64,000 nt of DNA. Source: an uncultured delta proteobacterium (GTDB lineage Bacteria; Myxococcota_A; Polyangia; Fen-1088). A program made the translations under genes and the position numbers. Positions 51,408-61,858 of the stretch are shown here, piece after piece (the first letter of the stretch is position 1; every line of letters begins with the position of its first letter). Location: positions 448,001 through 512,000 of the forward strand of contig CAVYGB010000010.1 of NCBI GenBank assembly GCA_963767925.1, written 5' to 3'. The notes beneath the pieces are model-generated. The model had not been told where the DNA came from and did no database searches. It worked only from the letters and a program-made list of their open reading frames with translations.

Positions 51408-51529
51408 TCGCCCCTCGACGCTGAGATCACGGGGCGTCGCCGCCGCCTGCGGCCAGCTCGGGGGAGATTCTCTCGCTGCTGCCGGTGGCGGTGTCGCGGG
51501 TGGGGACGGCCGAAGGGGACCGACGGCCT

Positions 51530-52078
51530 CTAGAGGGGAAGAATGTATGCCTCGGCGCAGAGGTCCGGGGCGGGATAGAAGTCGTAGGCGCGCGTACGTA
51601 GCCAGCCCATGCTGCGGTACATCTCGCGGGAGATCGGAAAGATCGCCGAGGTGTGCAGGGCGATGACCGGCGCGCCAAGGGTGCGCGCTCGCTGGATCCG
51701 GGCCTCCGCGAGCAGGCGGCCGATGCCGCGGCCGCGATGGGCGGCCTGCACGGCCAGCAAGCGCAGGGTCGCCCACTCCCGCGGCCAGGGCTCCCGCTGC
51801 CTCCCGCTCTCGCCGGTCGGGTACCGGGGCGGGTGGTGAGGCCGGCACAGGAGACCGGCGCCGACGACGTTGCCCGCCTCGTCGGCGACGAAGGTGTCGG
51901 TCCCCGCCAGGCGCGCGCCGCGGTCGGCGACGTCCTGCAGATAACGCTCGAGGGCCGCGCGGCGCTGGGGGGAGACCGGGGCGTCGGGCGCCGGGCGGAC
52001 CGACTCGAAGGCCGCCACCAGCAGGCGCGCGACGGCCTCGAGCTCGCCGGCGCGCGCCTCGCGGATGACGGCGGACAT
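51530..52078 (-). CDS. GNAT acetyltransferase
   Basis: LRLLAV...HRGRGIGR.L, LHT, MY..MGW.R. Confidence 0.88.
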   Translation of the reverse strand: MSAVIREARAGELEAVARLLVAAFESVRPAPDAPVSPQRRAALERYLQDVADRGARLAGTDTFVADEAGNVVGAGLLCRPHHPPRYPTGESGRQREPWPREWATLRLLAVQAAHRGRGIGRLLAEARIQRARTLGAPVIALHTSAIFPISREMYRSMGWLRTRAYDFYPAPDLCAEAYILPL

Positions 52079-52080
52079 GG

Positions 52081-52983
52081 TCACCCCGGCTTGCGGCGGC
52101 CCGCCACCAGGGTGGTCAGGGCGCCGGGCGGGCCGGGCAAGGTGCGAACCTCGACGAGCCCGCTGTCACGAAGCACCGCCTCTCCCTCGACGCTGGCCCA
52201 GAGCGGCCCGCCCCACAGGGTCGCCCGCAGCCGCACCAGGGCGGCGGTCTGCGGATCCGGGCCCTGGTTGAGCATGCCCAGCAGCATCCATCCGCCCGGG
52301 CGAAGCGCGCGGTGGGCGCGGGCGCATACCTGCGGCAAGACCCGCTCGGGCATGAAGGCGCTGGCAACCCAGGCCAGGTCGAACGCCCCCTCGTCTTCCA
52401 GCGTTTCGCCCCCCTGCTCGCGCAGCTCGATGCGGCCGCCGAGGCCGGCCCGTTCGACGTTTTCGCGGGCCAGGCGCAGGGAAGGTTGCCAGGGATCGAC
52501 GCCGACGATCCGGAGCACCGGGCACAGCCGGGCCATGGCGATGGCCAGCCCGGCGACACCCACGCCGACGTCCAGGAACGCGGCCCCTGGCCTGGTCAGG
52601 CGCTCCGACAGGCCCTCGAGCGCGGGCGCCACGTTGTGGGTGAGCCCCTGGGCAAACCCGGCGGAGATGTCGCCCGCGGCCTGCAGGACCACGGGGTCGC
52701 CGTAGTTCCATCCCGGGGTGCGGGTCGCGGCCTCCAGCAGCCCGGCCTCCATGCGGCCCATGGCCCGGAGCTCGGCCAGGAAGGGGGCCGCCTCCTGGGC
52801 GCTCACGCCGTCGAGCAGGTCCCCCCCGCCCAGCGCGGCCAGCAGCTCGTCGACGCGGGCGGCGAGGGCAGGATCGAGCGGCGTGCCGCTGGACCGGGCA
52901 TCGAGCGCGGCGCCGAGAGCGGCCAGCCCGGCCGCGGCGCTGTTGTGTCGGTTGATGAACGCCCGCAGGGTCTGGATGCTCAT
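52081..52983 (-). CDS. SAM-dependent methyltransferase
   Basis: FLDVGVGVAGL, GVDPW, FDLAW, ALRPGGW; ATGA overlap with the cupin gene. Confidence 0.88.
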   Translation of the reverse strand: MSIQTLRAFINRHNSAAAGLAALGAALDARSSGTPLDPALAARVDELLAALGGGDLLDGVSAQEAAPFLAELRAMGRMEAGLLEAATRTPGWNYGDPVVLQAAGDISAGFAQGLTHNVAPALEGLSERLTRPGAAFLDVGVGVAGLAIAMARLCPVLRIVGVDPWQPSLRLARENVERAGLGGRIELREQGGETLEDEGAFDLAWVASAFMPERVLPQVCARAHRALRPGGWMLLGMLNQGPDPQTAALVRLRATLWGGPLWASVEGEAVLRDSGLVEVRTLPGPPGALTTLVAGRRKPG

Positions 52984-53435
52984 GGCTTTTTCCCTTCGTG
53001 TGCCGGCGTGTTGTCGAACTTGCCGGACCCCTGGTGGAAAAGGACGCACGCCGCGCCCGCCACGCAGCCGCTCGTGTGCCGGGTGCCCCCGGGGATCATG
53101 ATGTACGAGCCCGGCCCGTAGGATTTCTCTGGGCCGCCCTCCGGACCGTACCTGAACGTGCCCGAGACGGTCACGATCTTCAGGTCCGCCTCGTGCGTGT
53201 GCAGCGGATGCACGGTGGCCGCCGGGAAGGTCACCATCACCCCGTGGGCGCCGCTGGCCATGTCGCCCCATAGCCGGGCAATCTGGACGCCACCGCTGCC
53301 GGGCGCCTCCACCCACTTCAGCTCCGTTGCTGGCACCACCGTCGCCTGCTTGCCGCCCCTGGCCGTGGCCGCGGCCAGGCCGACGCAGGTGGCCATGGCG
53401 ACGAACATGCTGATGCCGATCCCTTTGATCTTCAT
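52980..53435 (-). CDS. Exported cupin (DUF4437-like)
   Basis: AAGGAG RBS, signal peptide, LWGD, PLHTH, GPGSY..IPGG.RH.SGC. Confidence 0.85.
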   Translation of the reverse strand: MKIKGIGISMFVAMATCVGLAAATARGGKQATVVPATELKWVEAPGSGGVQIARLWGDMASGAHGVMVTFPAATVHPLHTHEADLKIVTVSGTFRYGPEGGPEKSYGPGSYIMIPGGTRHTSGCVAGAACVLFHQGSGKFDNTPAHEGKKP

Positions 53436-53493
53436 TGTGTCTCCTTTGTTTGTCGTGCTGGGAGCTCTTCCCATCCCTCGGGCGTGAATTCGG

Positions 53494-56400
53494 GTGGCAC
53501 AATGTGCCGCTGACTTGGCCACTGCCCCCAAGAGCCCTCCCGGGCATCGGATCTGGCTCGGCCGCAAGCGGGAGGTGGGCGAGCTGGAAGCCGGGCTGGA
53601 AGATCTGCGGGCGGGACGCGGCAGCCTGTTCCTGATCACCGGCGAGCCCGGCATCGGCAAGACCAGGCTGGCCGACGAGATCGGGCGGACGGCGGCTGTC
53701 CGGGGGCTCTCCGTCCACTGGGGTCGGGCCTGGGAGGTCGGCGGTGCCCCTTCGTACTGGCCTTTCATCCAGGTGCTGCGCAGCATCTGCGGCGAGCTCG
53801 AGCCGACGGGGCTGGACGGCGCGCTGGAAGCCGGGCACGCCGCGGAGCTCGCCGAGCTGATGCCGGAGATCCGCGCGCGCTTTCCCGACCTGGCGGCGCA
53901 GGCGCCCGTCCAGGCGACGCGGGATCGCTTCCAGCTCTTCGACGCCGTGGGCGCGTTTCTGCGGGTCGCGGCGGCGCGGGCGCCGCGGCTGATCCTGCTC
54001 GACGATCTCCACGCGGCCGACCCGTCGTCGCTGCTGCTGCTCTGGTTCCTGGTGCGGGACCTGCGGTCGGCGGCGCTGATGGTGGTCGGGACCTTCCGCG
54101 AGGCTGAGGCGCGGCTGGCGCCGGAGATCGGTCGGACGCTGGCGCAGGTCTCGCGAGAGGCCTGCGTGCTGCCCCTGCGCCGACTGGATCGGCTCGAGGT
54201 GGCCGACTTCGTGATCCAGGCGACCGGTGCGCCGCCGGACGCGGACCGCCTCGCAGCCATCCACCAGCGCACCGAAGGCAACCCCCTGTTTCTGCGGGAG
54301 CTGCTCCGCCTGGACGCGGTCGCGGCGGCCCCAGCACCCGAAGGGATCCGCGAGGTGGTGCGCGCGCGCCTGGCGCTGCTGACGCCGCCCGTGCGGCGGG
54401 CGCTCGAAGCGGCCTCCGTGCTCGGCCGCGAGCTCGCGGTCGGGCCGCTGGCGGCGCTGGTCGAGGCGCCGGAGGCGGAGGTGGCGGCCTGGGTGGCGGC
54501 GGCGACGGACGCCGGGATCATCGAGCCGCTGGAGGGCGGGTCAGGGCGCTGGCGCTTCACCCACGTCCTGCTACGCGAAGGGCTCTATCAGGACCTCGAC
54601 GCCGACCGCCGCGCCGGCTGGCACCGGGCCGCCGCGGCGGACCTGGGGAGGCGACGAGAGCCGCCGCTGGCCGAGCTGGCCCACCATCTGCTGCTCGCCC
54701 TGCCGCTGGCCGCGCCGGCCGAGGCGGCCGACGCGGCGGTGCGGGCCGCCCGACAGGCCATGGAGGTGCTGGCCTTCGAGGACGCGGTGGCGCTGCTGGG
54801 GCGGGCGATCGATCTGCTCGAGGACGCCGGCGGCGAGGAGCGGCGACTGGCCGAGGCGCTGCTCGGGAGCGGCTCCGCCCGCATCCGCGCCGGCGAGATC
54901 GAGCTGGGCAAGCAGGACTGCCGGCGCAGCGCCGAGCTGGCCCGGAGTCTGGGCGACGGGGAGCTGCTCGCGCGCGCGGCGCTCGGTTCCGCCTTCGAGT
55001 TCACGCCCGCGATTCGCGACGTCGCGCTCATCGCCCTGCTCGAGGAGGCGCTGGCCGTGCTCCCGCCCGGCGACGGGGCGCTGCGGGCTCGCTGCATGGT
55101 CCAGCTCGCGGCCGAGCGCCAGCCCGAGCCCGACACCGGACCGCCGGTGGAGCTGGCGCTGGCCGCGGTGGCGATGGCCAGACGGGTGGCGGACGCCGAC
55201 ACCCTCCGGTTCACGCTCTCCACCGCCGCCCTGGCCATGCTGGGCTTCGGCGATACCGGCCAGCGGCTGGCGATCAACCACGAGGCGCTGCGGCTCGGGC
55301 TGGCCTCCGGCGACAAGATGGTGGCCATGCGCGCCCACCACTGCTTGATCGCCGACTACTGGGAGCTGGGCGATCGCGGGACCGCGGACGCGCACCTCCG
55401 CGGCTACACCGCCCTGGTGCGGGACTTTCGTCGGGGTCGATTTCACTGGATGCCGATCGCCCTGAGCGCGGCCACCGCGCTGTGGGAGGGCCAGTTCGAG
55501 GAGGCCGACCGCCTCTTCCGGGTGGCCGACGAGATCGCCCGCCAGGACGAGTCGCGCGGCGGCTCCATGCTGGCCTTCCCCGTCGCCTTCTGTCGCGCGG
55601 CCGAGCGCCACGACGACCTGCCAGGGCTCGAGGCGCAGCTGCGGGCGGCCTTCGGGTCGATGCCCCACCAGCTGGGCGGCTGCATCGGCGAGCTGTTCAT
55701 CGCCCAGCTCCACGCTCGGGCCGGCGACCGCCAGCGTACGGCGGCGCAGCTCGCGGTGGTGCGCGCGCACCCGGTGTTCGCCGAGATCCGGGAGCCTTCC
55801 TGGCTCGGTCTGCTGGCCGAAGCCTGTCAGCTGCTCGGCGACCTGCCCCTGGCCGAGCGGCTGTATGCGGCGCTGTTGCCCCGGGCGGGGCGCTTCGTCA
55901 ACCTCGTCCCGCTGGCACTGTCCGAACCGCCGTACGCCCGCCAGCTCGGGCTGCTGGCCCAGACCCTGGGGCGGCTCGATCAGGCCGTCGCTTTCCTCGC
56001 CGACGCCGAGGCCAGCGTCGTGCGCGCCGGGATGCGCTCACACCTCGCCCGCCTCCGGTACGAGCTCGCGGGCGCGCTGCTCGCCCGCGGCGGCGCCGGC
56101 GACCGCGCGCGAGCCGCGGCCCTGCTGGCGCAATCGGCCGAGCTCGCCGAGGAGCTCGGGCAGGCCCCGCTGCTGCCGCTGGTCGCGGCGCGACTCGCCG
56201 TCTGTGGCGAAGGCGATGATGAAGCGGCGCTGCCGCCGCCGGTCCGGACCATGGCGTCGTTCGCCCTGCGGCGCGAGGGCGACTACTGGACCATCGCCCA
56301 GGGCACGCGCACGGTGCGCCTCCGCGACAGCCGTGGCCTGCAGGTGCTGGCCGGCCTTGTGGACAGCCCCGGGCAGGAGTTTCACGTGCTCCAGCTGGCC

Positions 56401-56793
56401 GCCTCCGGCGAGGAGGTCGGCGACGCGGGCGACGCCGGCACCGTGCTCGACGCCGAGGCCGTGCAGAGTTACCGGCGACGGCTGCTCGACCTGCGCGACA
56501 AGCTCGAGGAGGCCGAGGCGCGGGCCGACACCGGCCACGCCGAGGTCGCCCGCGAGGAGATCGACCGGCTGACGCAGGAGCTGGCCCGCGCCGTCGGGCT
56601 GGGCGGTCGCGCCCGCCGCACCGGCGGCGCCGCCGAGCGCGCCCGGACCGCGGTCCAGAAGCGGCTGCGCGGCGCCATCCGGCGCATCGAGGAGGAGCTG
56701 CCCGAGCTCGGCCGGCACCTGGACCAGACCATCCACACGGGCACCTTCTGCAGCTATCACCCCGAAGGTCGCGCCAGTACCCGCCGTCGCTGA
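53494..56793 (+). CDS. STAND-type AAA ATPase transcriptional regulator with helical repeats and C-terminal DNA-binding module
   Basis: GR..E, ITGEPGIGKTRL, LDDLH.AD, TEGNPLFLREL, F.H.L.RE; C-terminal RREGDYW...ERAR.AV...TG.FCSY. Confidence 0.9.
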   Translation: MAQCAADLATAPKSPPGHRIWLGRKREVGELEAGLEDLRAGRGSLFLITGEPGIGKTRLADEIGRTAAVRGLSVHWGRAWEVGGAPSYWPFIQVLRSICGELEPTGLDGALEAGHAAELAELMPEIRARFPDLAAQAPVQATRDRFQLFDAVGAFLRVAAARAPRLILLDDLHAADPSSLLLLWFLVRDLRSAALMVVGTFREAEARLAPEIGRTLAQVSREACVLPLRRLDRLEVADFVIQATGAPPDADRLAAIHQRTEGNPLFLRELLRLDAVAAAPAPEGIREVVRARLALLTPPVRRALEAASVLGRELAVGPLAALVEAPEAEVAAWVAAATDAGIIEPLEGGSGRWRFTHVLLREGLYQDLDADRRAGWHRAAAADLGRRREPPLAELAHHLLLALPLAAPAEAADAAVRAARQAMEVLAFEDAVALLGRAIDLLEDAGGEERRLAEALLGSGSARIRAGEIELGKQDCRRSAELARSLGDGELLARAALGSAFEFTPAIRDVALIALLEEALAVLPPGDGALRARCMVQLAAERQPEPDTGPPVELALAAVAMARRVADADTLRFTLSTAALAMLGFGDTGQRLAINHEALRLGLASGDKMVAMRAHHCLIADYWELGDRGTADAHLRGYTALVRDFRRGRFHWMPIALSAATALWEGQFEEADRLFRVADEIARQDESRGGSMLAFPVAFCRAAERHDDLPGLEAQLRAAFGSMPHQLGGCIGELFIAQLHARAGDRQRTAAQLAVVRAHPVFAEIREPSWLGLLAEACQLLGDLPLAERLYAALLPRAGRFVNLVPLALSEPPYARQLGLLAQTLGRLDQAVAFLADAEASVVRAGMRSHLARLRYELAGALLARGGAGDRARAAALLAQSAELAEELGQAPLLPLVAARLAVCGEGDDEAALPPPVRTMASFALRREGDYWTIAQGTRTVRLRDSRGLQVLAGLVDSPGQEFHVLQLAASGEEVGDAGDAGTVLDAEAVQSYRRRLLDLRDKLEEAEARADTGHAEVAREEIDRLTQELARAVGLGGRARRTGGAAERARTAVQKRLRGAIRRIEEELPELGRHLDQTIHTGTFCSYHPEGRASTRRR

Positions 56794-56999
56794 GGGGGCG
56801 CCGATGCTGCCCGGTCACCCGACCCCGCGCGCCGGCGGCTGCGGTGAGCTGCCTGGCAACCCGTCCTTGAAAAGGGAGCGGCCGGTCGCATCGCTCGATG
56901 GCGATCTCGAGCCGCCAGCGTCGCGCGGCATCGCCACGCGGATGGCCCAGAACCGCCCTCCTCAGCCGCCGGCCGACGAGGGCCGCCGCATCCTCACGG

Positions 57000-58325
57000 T
57001 CAACGAAACCGGTACGTGATCAGCGCGGTGACTCCGGTATACACGTCGGTCGCGCCTCCCACCTGCAGGGCATCGGTCTCCTGGGTATTCAGAGTGTAGG
57101 CGTAGCGCCGGTAGTCGGCGCCGACCTGCACCTGCAGGTCGAGATCGAACGCGTAGCCCACGGTCAAGCCAGCGTCGCTGCCGCTGACCGTGGCGTTGGG
57201 GAAGAGACCGCTGTCGGTCAGCCCGGTGGTCTCGCGCAGCTGAAGGTAGCCTGCCGACAGCACGAACGAAAGACGGCCGCTGGCGAGGCGGGCGGCGACA
57301 TTGGGGCGAAGGAAGGTGTAGTGCGACTCGACCGACAGCCGATCGGGCACCTGCACCTCGAAGTTCTGGGCGCCGTAGTCCGCCCCGAGAATCACGGTGG
57401 CGCTGCTGGCGGGCAGCCGCGCGCGCACCCCCAGGCGATACGCCAGGTGCCGCGTGGGGATCTCGGCCGCGCCCGGCCGGCTCTGGGTGGTGGCCCCCAG
57501 CGACGTCTCGAAGGCGCCGGTGAGGCCGATGTTGCCGATCCAGGAGGACGACTGGGCGGCAGGATAGAAGGACGCTTCGCCGACTATCCCGGGCGCGCCC
57601 GGGAGCCGATAGGCCGGAATCGCCGAGACGTTGTCGGAGAAGGTGAGCGACCGGAGGATCGCCCGCGCGCCGATCGAGGCCTCGAGCCTGGTCGGCGGTA
57701 CGCGCTTGCCCCGTCGCGCGATCTGCGCGCCCTCGGAGACGTCGTCGGTCTCGTCCGAGCCCGATCGTGCCTCTGCCAGCGCGGCCGGCGCAGCGGCGGC
57801 GCCCGGCGCGGCGTTCGCCACCGTGGCCCGGCGCCGAGCCAGGGCACCACCACCGGGAAGCGTCCGGCGCAGCAGCGTGGCCACCCGCGGCCAGGCGGTG
57901 AGCGACACCGCGCTGACGAGGCCAATGGGCCGAGGAGCCGAGACGAAGACCGATCCCGCGGGCATCGACCCCTGCGCGTGGTCGACATCGATGCGCGCTT
58001 GCCAGGGGCTCCCGCTCATCACCTGCCCCTTGATCACCGCAGCGAGGCCCAGCCGGGACGCGACCACCTCCCAGCGCTCCCCGGACTCGTACTGGCGACC
58101 AACCGCGGACACCGCCCGGCGGATCTCGGCCATCGGAACCACCTCGTACCCGTCAGTGGTCAGCCGCTCGATGACCGCCTCGCGAACGCGCTCCGCGGCC
58201 ATGCCCCGGAACGGGACCACGACGACCCGCGCGGGTTGCGCGAAGGCAGAGTCGGGCGCCGCCAGCCAGCCGGCGCCGAGGGCGAGAGTGAACAGCAAAC
58301 CAGCCACGCGATGGGTGACCTTCAT
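57000..58325 (-). CDS. Exported protein with C-terminal outer-membrane beta-barrel (myxobacterial type)
   Basis: Signal peptide, RVVVVPF.G N-terminal domain, linker, amphipathic strands ending TYRFR. Confidence 0.7.
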   Translation of the reverse strand: MKVTHRVAGLLFTLALGAGWLAAPDSAFAQPARVVVVPFRGMAAERVREAVIERLTTDGYEVVPMAEIRRAVSAVGRQYESGERWEVVASRLGLAAVIKGQVMSGSPWQARIDVDHAQGSMPAGSVFVSAPRPIGLVSAVSLTAWPRVATLLRRTLPGGGALARRRATVANAAPGAAAAPAALAEARSGSDETDDVSEGAQIARRGKRVPPTRLEASIGARAILRSLTFSDNVSAIPAYRLPGAPGIVGEASFYPAAQSSSWIGNIGLTGAFETSLGATTQSRPGAAEIPTRHLAYRLGVRARLPASSATVILGADYGAQNFEVQVPDRLSVESHYTFLRPNVAARLASGRLSFVLSAGYLQLRETTGLTDSGLFPNATVSGSDAGLTVGYAFDLDLQVQVGADYRRYAYTLNTQETDALQVGGATDVYTGVTALITYRFR

Positions 58326-58674
58326 CTCCAACTCCGATGTGGGGTCATGTGGGCCTTATACTGAAACGTTCTATCTGGAACTGGAACCTGTATTCAACAA
58401 CGCCTTCGGGCACGCAACGTCATTCGTGATCAGCCCGTCCGGGCTACTCGCGGCATCTTCGATCCTCCAGGGCAGGGCTTGACGCGGTTTTCCGGGGGCC
58501 GAACCCGGTGGGCCCATACCATCAGGTCCAGAACCGGTCGGGGACGCGCGGAGCCTGGGTCCCGCCTCCTGATCGCGCGTGACGCGCGGGTTCGAGCCAC
58601 AACCGCCTCACGAACCCGGTCGCGGCAAGCCCACCTCTCCCCGCTTGCCGCGCTTGCCACCCCGGGGGGTCGCG

Positions 58675-59814
58675 TTATTGGAGGGTGCCGAGAAACTCCG
58701 AGATCAACATGCCGCCGACACGCGGCCAGCCGTGGGTGAGGCCGTCGTACGTGATCTGCGAGGAGATGCAGAAGCGCACCGGGTTGGCGGTGCACCCCTC
58801 CCAGTCGAGGCAGACGTGCTGGGCTTGCTGGGCGGTGAAAGCGGCCATCATGTCGGTCCTCGCCTTGGCGAGCCCCGCCGGGGGCGTGGCCGAGCAGCCG
58901 TTCCGCTGCGCAAACAGCGCCGCCACGTCCTGGCCGAAGTTTCCCGCCCGATCGGTGACGCCGTGGATCACCAGCACCGGCGGTGTGCCCTTGCAGTTCA
59001 TGGTGGCGGCACGCACCACCGAGGCGCAGACCGGAGTGACCTGCCACAGGGTATCGCCGAAGCGGCAGGTGAGGTGCTCGATGAACTGACCGCCCGAGCT
59101 GACGCCCGCGATGAAGATCCGGTTCTCGTCGACGCAATATTCGCTCTTCATCAGCGCCAGCACGTCCCGGAAGTACGTGACGTTCTGCTCGAGCACGGCG
59201 GCCCCTTCCCACCCCTGGCTGATCGACTTCATGTACACGGTGATCGCGGGCAGCATCGCGAACCCGCGGCATTCGCCCTGGTTCGGCCCGCAGGCGCCAT
59301 TGCCGAACCCGTGAAAGCCAAAGCCGAGCGGCATGGGCTTCCTGGGGTCGTGGCCGGCCGGCAGGGCGACGTTGAACGTGACCATCTGGCCGCCGGTCAT
59401 GATCGTGCGGCTCCCCGCCGCCGGGTTCATCTTTCCGCATCCAGCGCTCGGAACCACTGGCCGGTTGCCCGCGCTGCTCGGCGCCGAGTCGACGGGTGGC
59501 GGGGCGGCGTCGCTGGGCCGAGACGCGTCAGCGGGAGCCGAGGGACCACCCGCTGCGCCCGCGCTGCCCCCCGTGCCGGCAGAGCCGCCCGTGCCACCAG
59601 CTCCGGCAGAGCCGCCCGTGCCACCAGCTCCGGCAGAGCCGCCTGTGCCGGCGGTCGCGCCCGTCTCCGGCGAGGTCGGTCGACCACCCGTGCCCGAAGC
59701 CCCCGGGCTGCTCCCTGCAGTTGCTCCGGGTCCCGGAGTTGCAATTCCCGAGCACGCGGCGGCTGCCGCTGCCAGCGTGAAGCTCACGAGAACCAGGCCG
59801 CGGATTCTGATCAT
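58675..59814 (-). CDS. Alpha/beta hydrolase lipoprotein (PHB depolymerase/CE1 esterase-like)
   Basis: YCVDE.RIF..GVSSGG nucleophile elbow, HG.TD, HGWP; Gly/Ala linker. Confidence 0.85.
   Translation of the reverse strand: MIRIRGLVLVSFTLAAAAAACSGIATPGPGATAGSSPGASGTGGRPTSPETGATAGTGGSAGAGGTGGSAGAGGTGGSAGTGGSAGAAGGPSAPADASRPSDAAPPPVDSAPSSAGNRPVVPSAGCGKMNPAAGSRTIMTGGQMVTFNVALPAGHDPRKPMPLGFGFHGFGNGACGPNQGECRGFAMLPAITVYMKSISQGWEGAAVLEQNVTYFRDVLALMKSEYCVDENRIFIAGVSSGGQFIEHLTCRFGDTLWQVTPVCASVVRAATMNCKGTPPVLVIHGVTDRAGNFGQDVAALFAQRNGCSATPPAGLAKARTDMMAAFTAQQAQHVCLDWEGCTANPVRFCISSQITYDGLTHGWPRVGGMLISEFLGTLQ
59570..59650. repeat. 27-bp tandem repeat encoding the GGSAGAGGT linker
   Basis: CCGGCAGAGCCGCCCGTGCCACCAGCT repeated about 2.5-3 times. 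Confidence 0.8.
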
Positions 59815-60033
59815 GTACGTCTCCTGATGAATCGAAGGCGGGCGGATGCTAGGGAACTTCCCTCCGCCCGGTCAACGCGCTCGAGGTAAAGAACGCGTGA
59901 AAGAGCCCGCGGCGTTCACGTCGAGAGAAGCGCCGCCACCGGCCGAGGGGGCCCGGCTGACGCCGATCGTCTTGCGGTCGCGGGGAGATCGAGGCTCTTA
60001 CCCCTATGTCCAATTTTTGGCATAGTGCCGGCC

Positions 60034-60966
60034 ATGTCTAGGCAAACGTCGCGACAGCACCGGGGCACGGCTTCTTTGGCGGAGAGCCGGACCACGACCC
60101 CAAACGACTGGTCCCGCCGTGCGTTCCTCGCCCTGGCCGCCGCGTCGGCCGCGGCCGGAGGGTCCCGCTCACTCATGGCCGCGCCCCGCAAGAAGATCCC
60201 GGTGGGCCTCGGGATGTACTCCCTCAAGGACGAGGAACAGAAGGACCGCCTGGCCACCCTCCGCACCGTGGCCAAGATGGGCTACCAGGGCGTCGAGTTC
60301 TGGGGGCCGTACGTCGACTGGACGCCGGCCTACGCCAAGGAGGTCCGCAAGCAACTCGACGACCTCGGCATCGCCTGCTACTCGGCCCACACCCGGCCAT
60401 CGCACTGGTCCGACGAGCACTTCCCCGGCGTCATCGAGCTCAACAAGATCCTCGGCAGCCGTTACGTGGTCATGGACCACGCGCCGGAGTCGCCGACGCT
60501 GGATGGCTGGAAGAGAAACGCCGAGCTGCTGACCAAGGGCCACGAGAAGCTGAAGCCCGCCGGCATCAAGGCCGCCCTGCACAACTGGACCACGGAGTGG
60601 CGGCTGTGCGAGGGCGTGCGCCCCATCGACTACCTGGTCAAGAACACGCCGCCCGAGTTCGGCTTCCAGCTCGACCTGGGCACCGCCTTCGGGGAAAAGG
60701 GAGATCCGATCGCCTTCATCAAGGCCAACCCCGGCCGCGTTCGGTCCTTCCATCTGAAGGACTGGTCGGCGGACCGCAGCAAGCGTGGGCTGCTCATCGG
60801 CGAGGGCGACGTGGCGTGGACGGAGCTGTTCAAGGCGGCCGAGAACAAGGGCGGGGTCGAGTACTACCTGATCGAGCAGGAGGGCAGTCGCTTCACCCCG
60901 CTCGAGACGGCGGAGCGCTCGCTCAAGAACTACCGCCAGCTCCAGACCCGCGGCCGCCTCTCCTGA
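60034..60966 (+). CDS. Tat-exported sugar phosphate isomerase/epimerase (AP endonuclease 2 TIM barrel)
   Basis: SRRAFL; GYQGVEF, LHN..E, FQLD.G, FHLKD, GEGDV.W, LIEQE. Confidence 0.9.
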   Translation: MSRQTSRQHRGTASLAESRTTTPNDWSRRAFLALAAASAAAGGSRSLMAAPRKKIPVGLGMYSLKDEEQKDRLATLRTVAKMGYQGVEFWGPYVDWTPAYAKEVRKQLDDLGIACYSAHTRPSHWSDEHFPGVIELNKILGSRYVVMDHAPESPTLDGWKRNAELLTKGHEKLKPAGIKAALHNWTTEWRLCEGVRPIDYLVKNTPPEFGFQLDLGTAFGEKGDPIAFIKANPGRVRSFHLKDWSADRSKRGLLIGEGDVAWTELFKAAENKGGVEYYLIEQEGSRFTPLETAERSLKNYRQLQTRGRLS

Positions 60967-61299
60967 CGCCTGGCCGCTGATCGTCTGAGCCGCGTCTCTG
61001 TCGCGGGACGACCGCCACCCGGCGAGCACCGGGAACGCCGAACCAGCTCGCCGGGAGTCGACCGCGCCACGAGGTGCGCCGAGTTCCCCAAGGTTCACCG
61101 ACGGACAGGGGACGTGGGGCCGGCCCCGGCGCCCGGTTCTTGCCTTCTGTTCCGTGATGGAACCGGCAACAGGTCGCGGGCGTTGCCAGCAACGGTCCCA
61201 GCGGGAAAGATGCTCGACACCGGCAACGGTCGCATGCCGACGGCCGAGGAGTTCTCGGTGACGATTCGCAACCTCGAGTGAAGCGCCCGTAGGACCTGG

Positions 61300-61740
61300 T
61301 CAACGCCGGTGCTCTCCCGCGCGCAGGAAGCGGCCGGGAGGCTGGCCGGTGCCGCGCGCAGCTCGCGGCTGAAGTGGGATTGGTCGAAGTAGCCGGCCTC
61401 CTGGGCCAGGCGGGTCAACGATGCGCCCGGCCGGTAGCTCTCGATGGCGTGGCGCAGGCGCAGCAGCGACTCGAGCTGCTTGGGGGAGGCGCCCACCACC
61501 CGGCGGAACCGCTTCTCGAACGGGTCCTGGCTGATGCCGAGCCGGCGGGCCAGCGCCCGGATCCGCAGCTGGCCCCGCGCCTCGCCGATCGCGCGTACGG
61601 CGGAGGCGACGAGCGGGTCGGTCGGCCCGGGACGGAGCCGCGCGAGCAGGAAAGCCTCGAACACGGCCACCCGCTCCCGATCGCCCCCCGCCCGCCCGCA
61701 GGGCGCGCCCGTCGCCCGGGAGGGCGCGATCGGGGGGGGT
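61300..61740 (-). pseudogene. AraC family regulator C-terminal relic
   Basis: LARRLGISQD.FEKRFRRVVG.SPKQ, LA.EAGYFDQSHF.RE; frameshift near 61355; N-terminus missing. Confidence 0.8.
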
Positions 61741-61750
61741 GACGGTGTTC

Positions 61751-61858
61751 GCCAGCGACCTGCAGGCCGCCGTGACCCTGGCCAAGGGCCACCCCGGGCT
61801 GGCCTTCGGCACCCGGGTCGAGGTCCGACCGGTCAAGCCGACCCCGCCTTCACCGTAG
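61751..61858 (+). pseudogene. YciI family C-terminal fragment
   Basis: ASDLQAAVTLAKGHPGLAFGTRVEVRPV...TAG. Confidence 0.65.
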
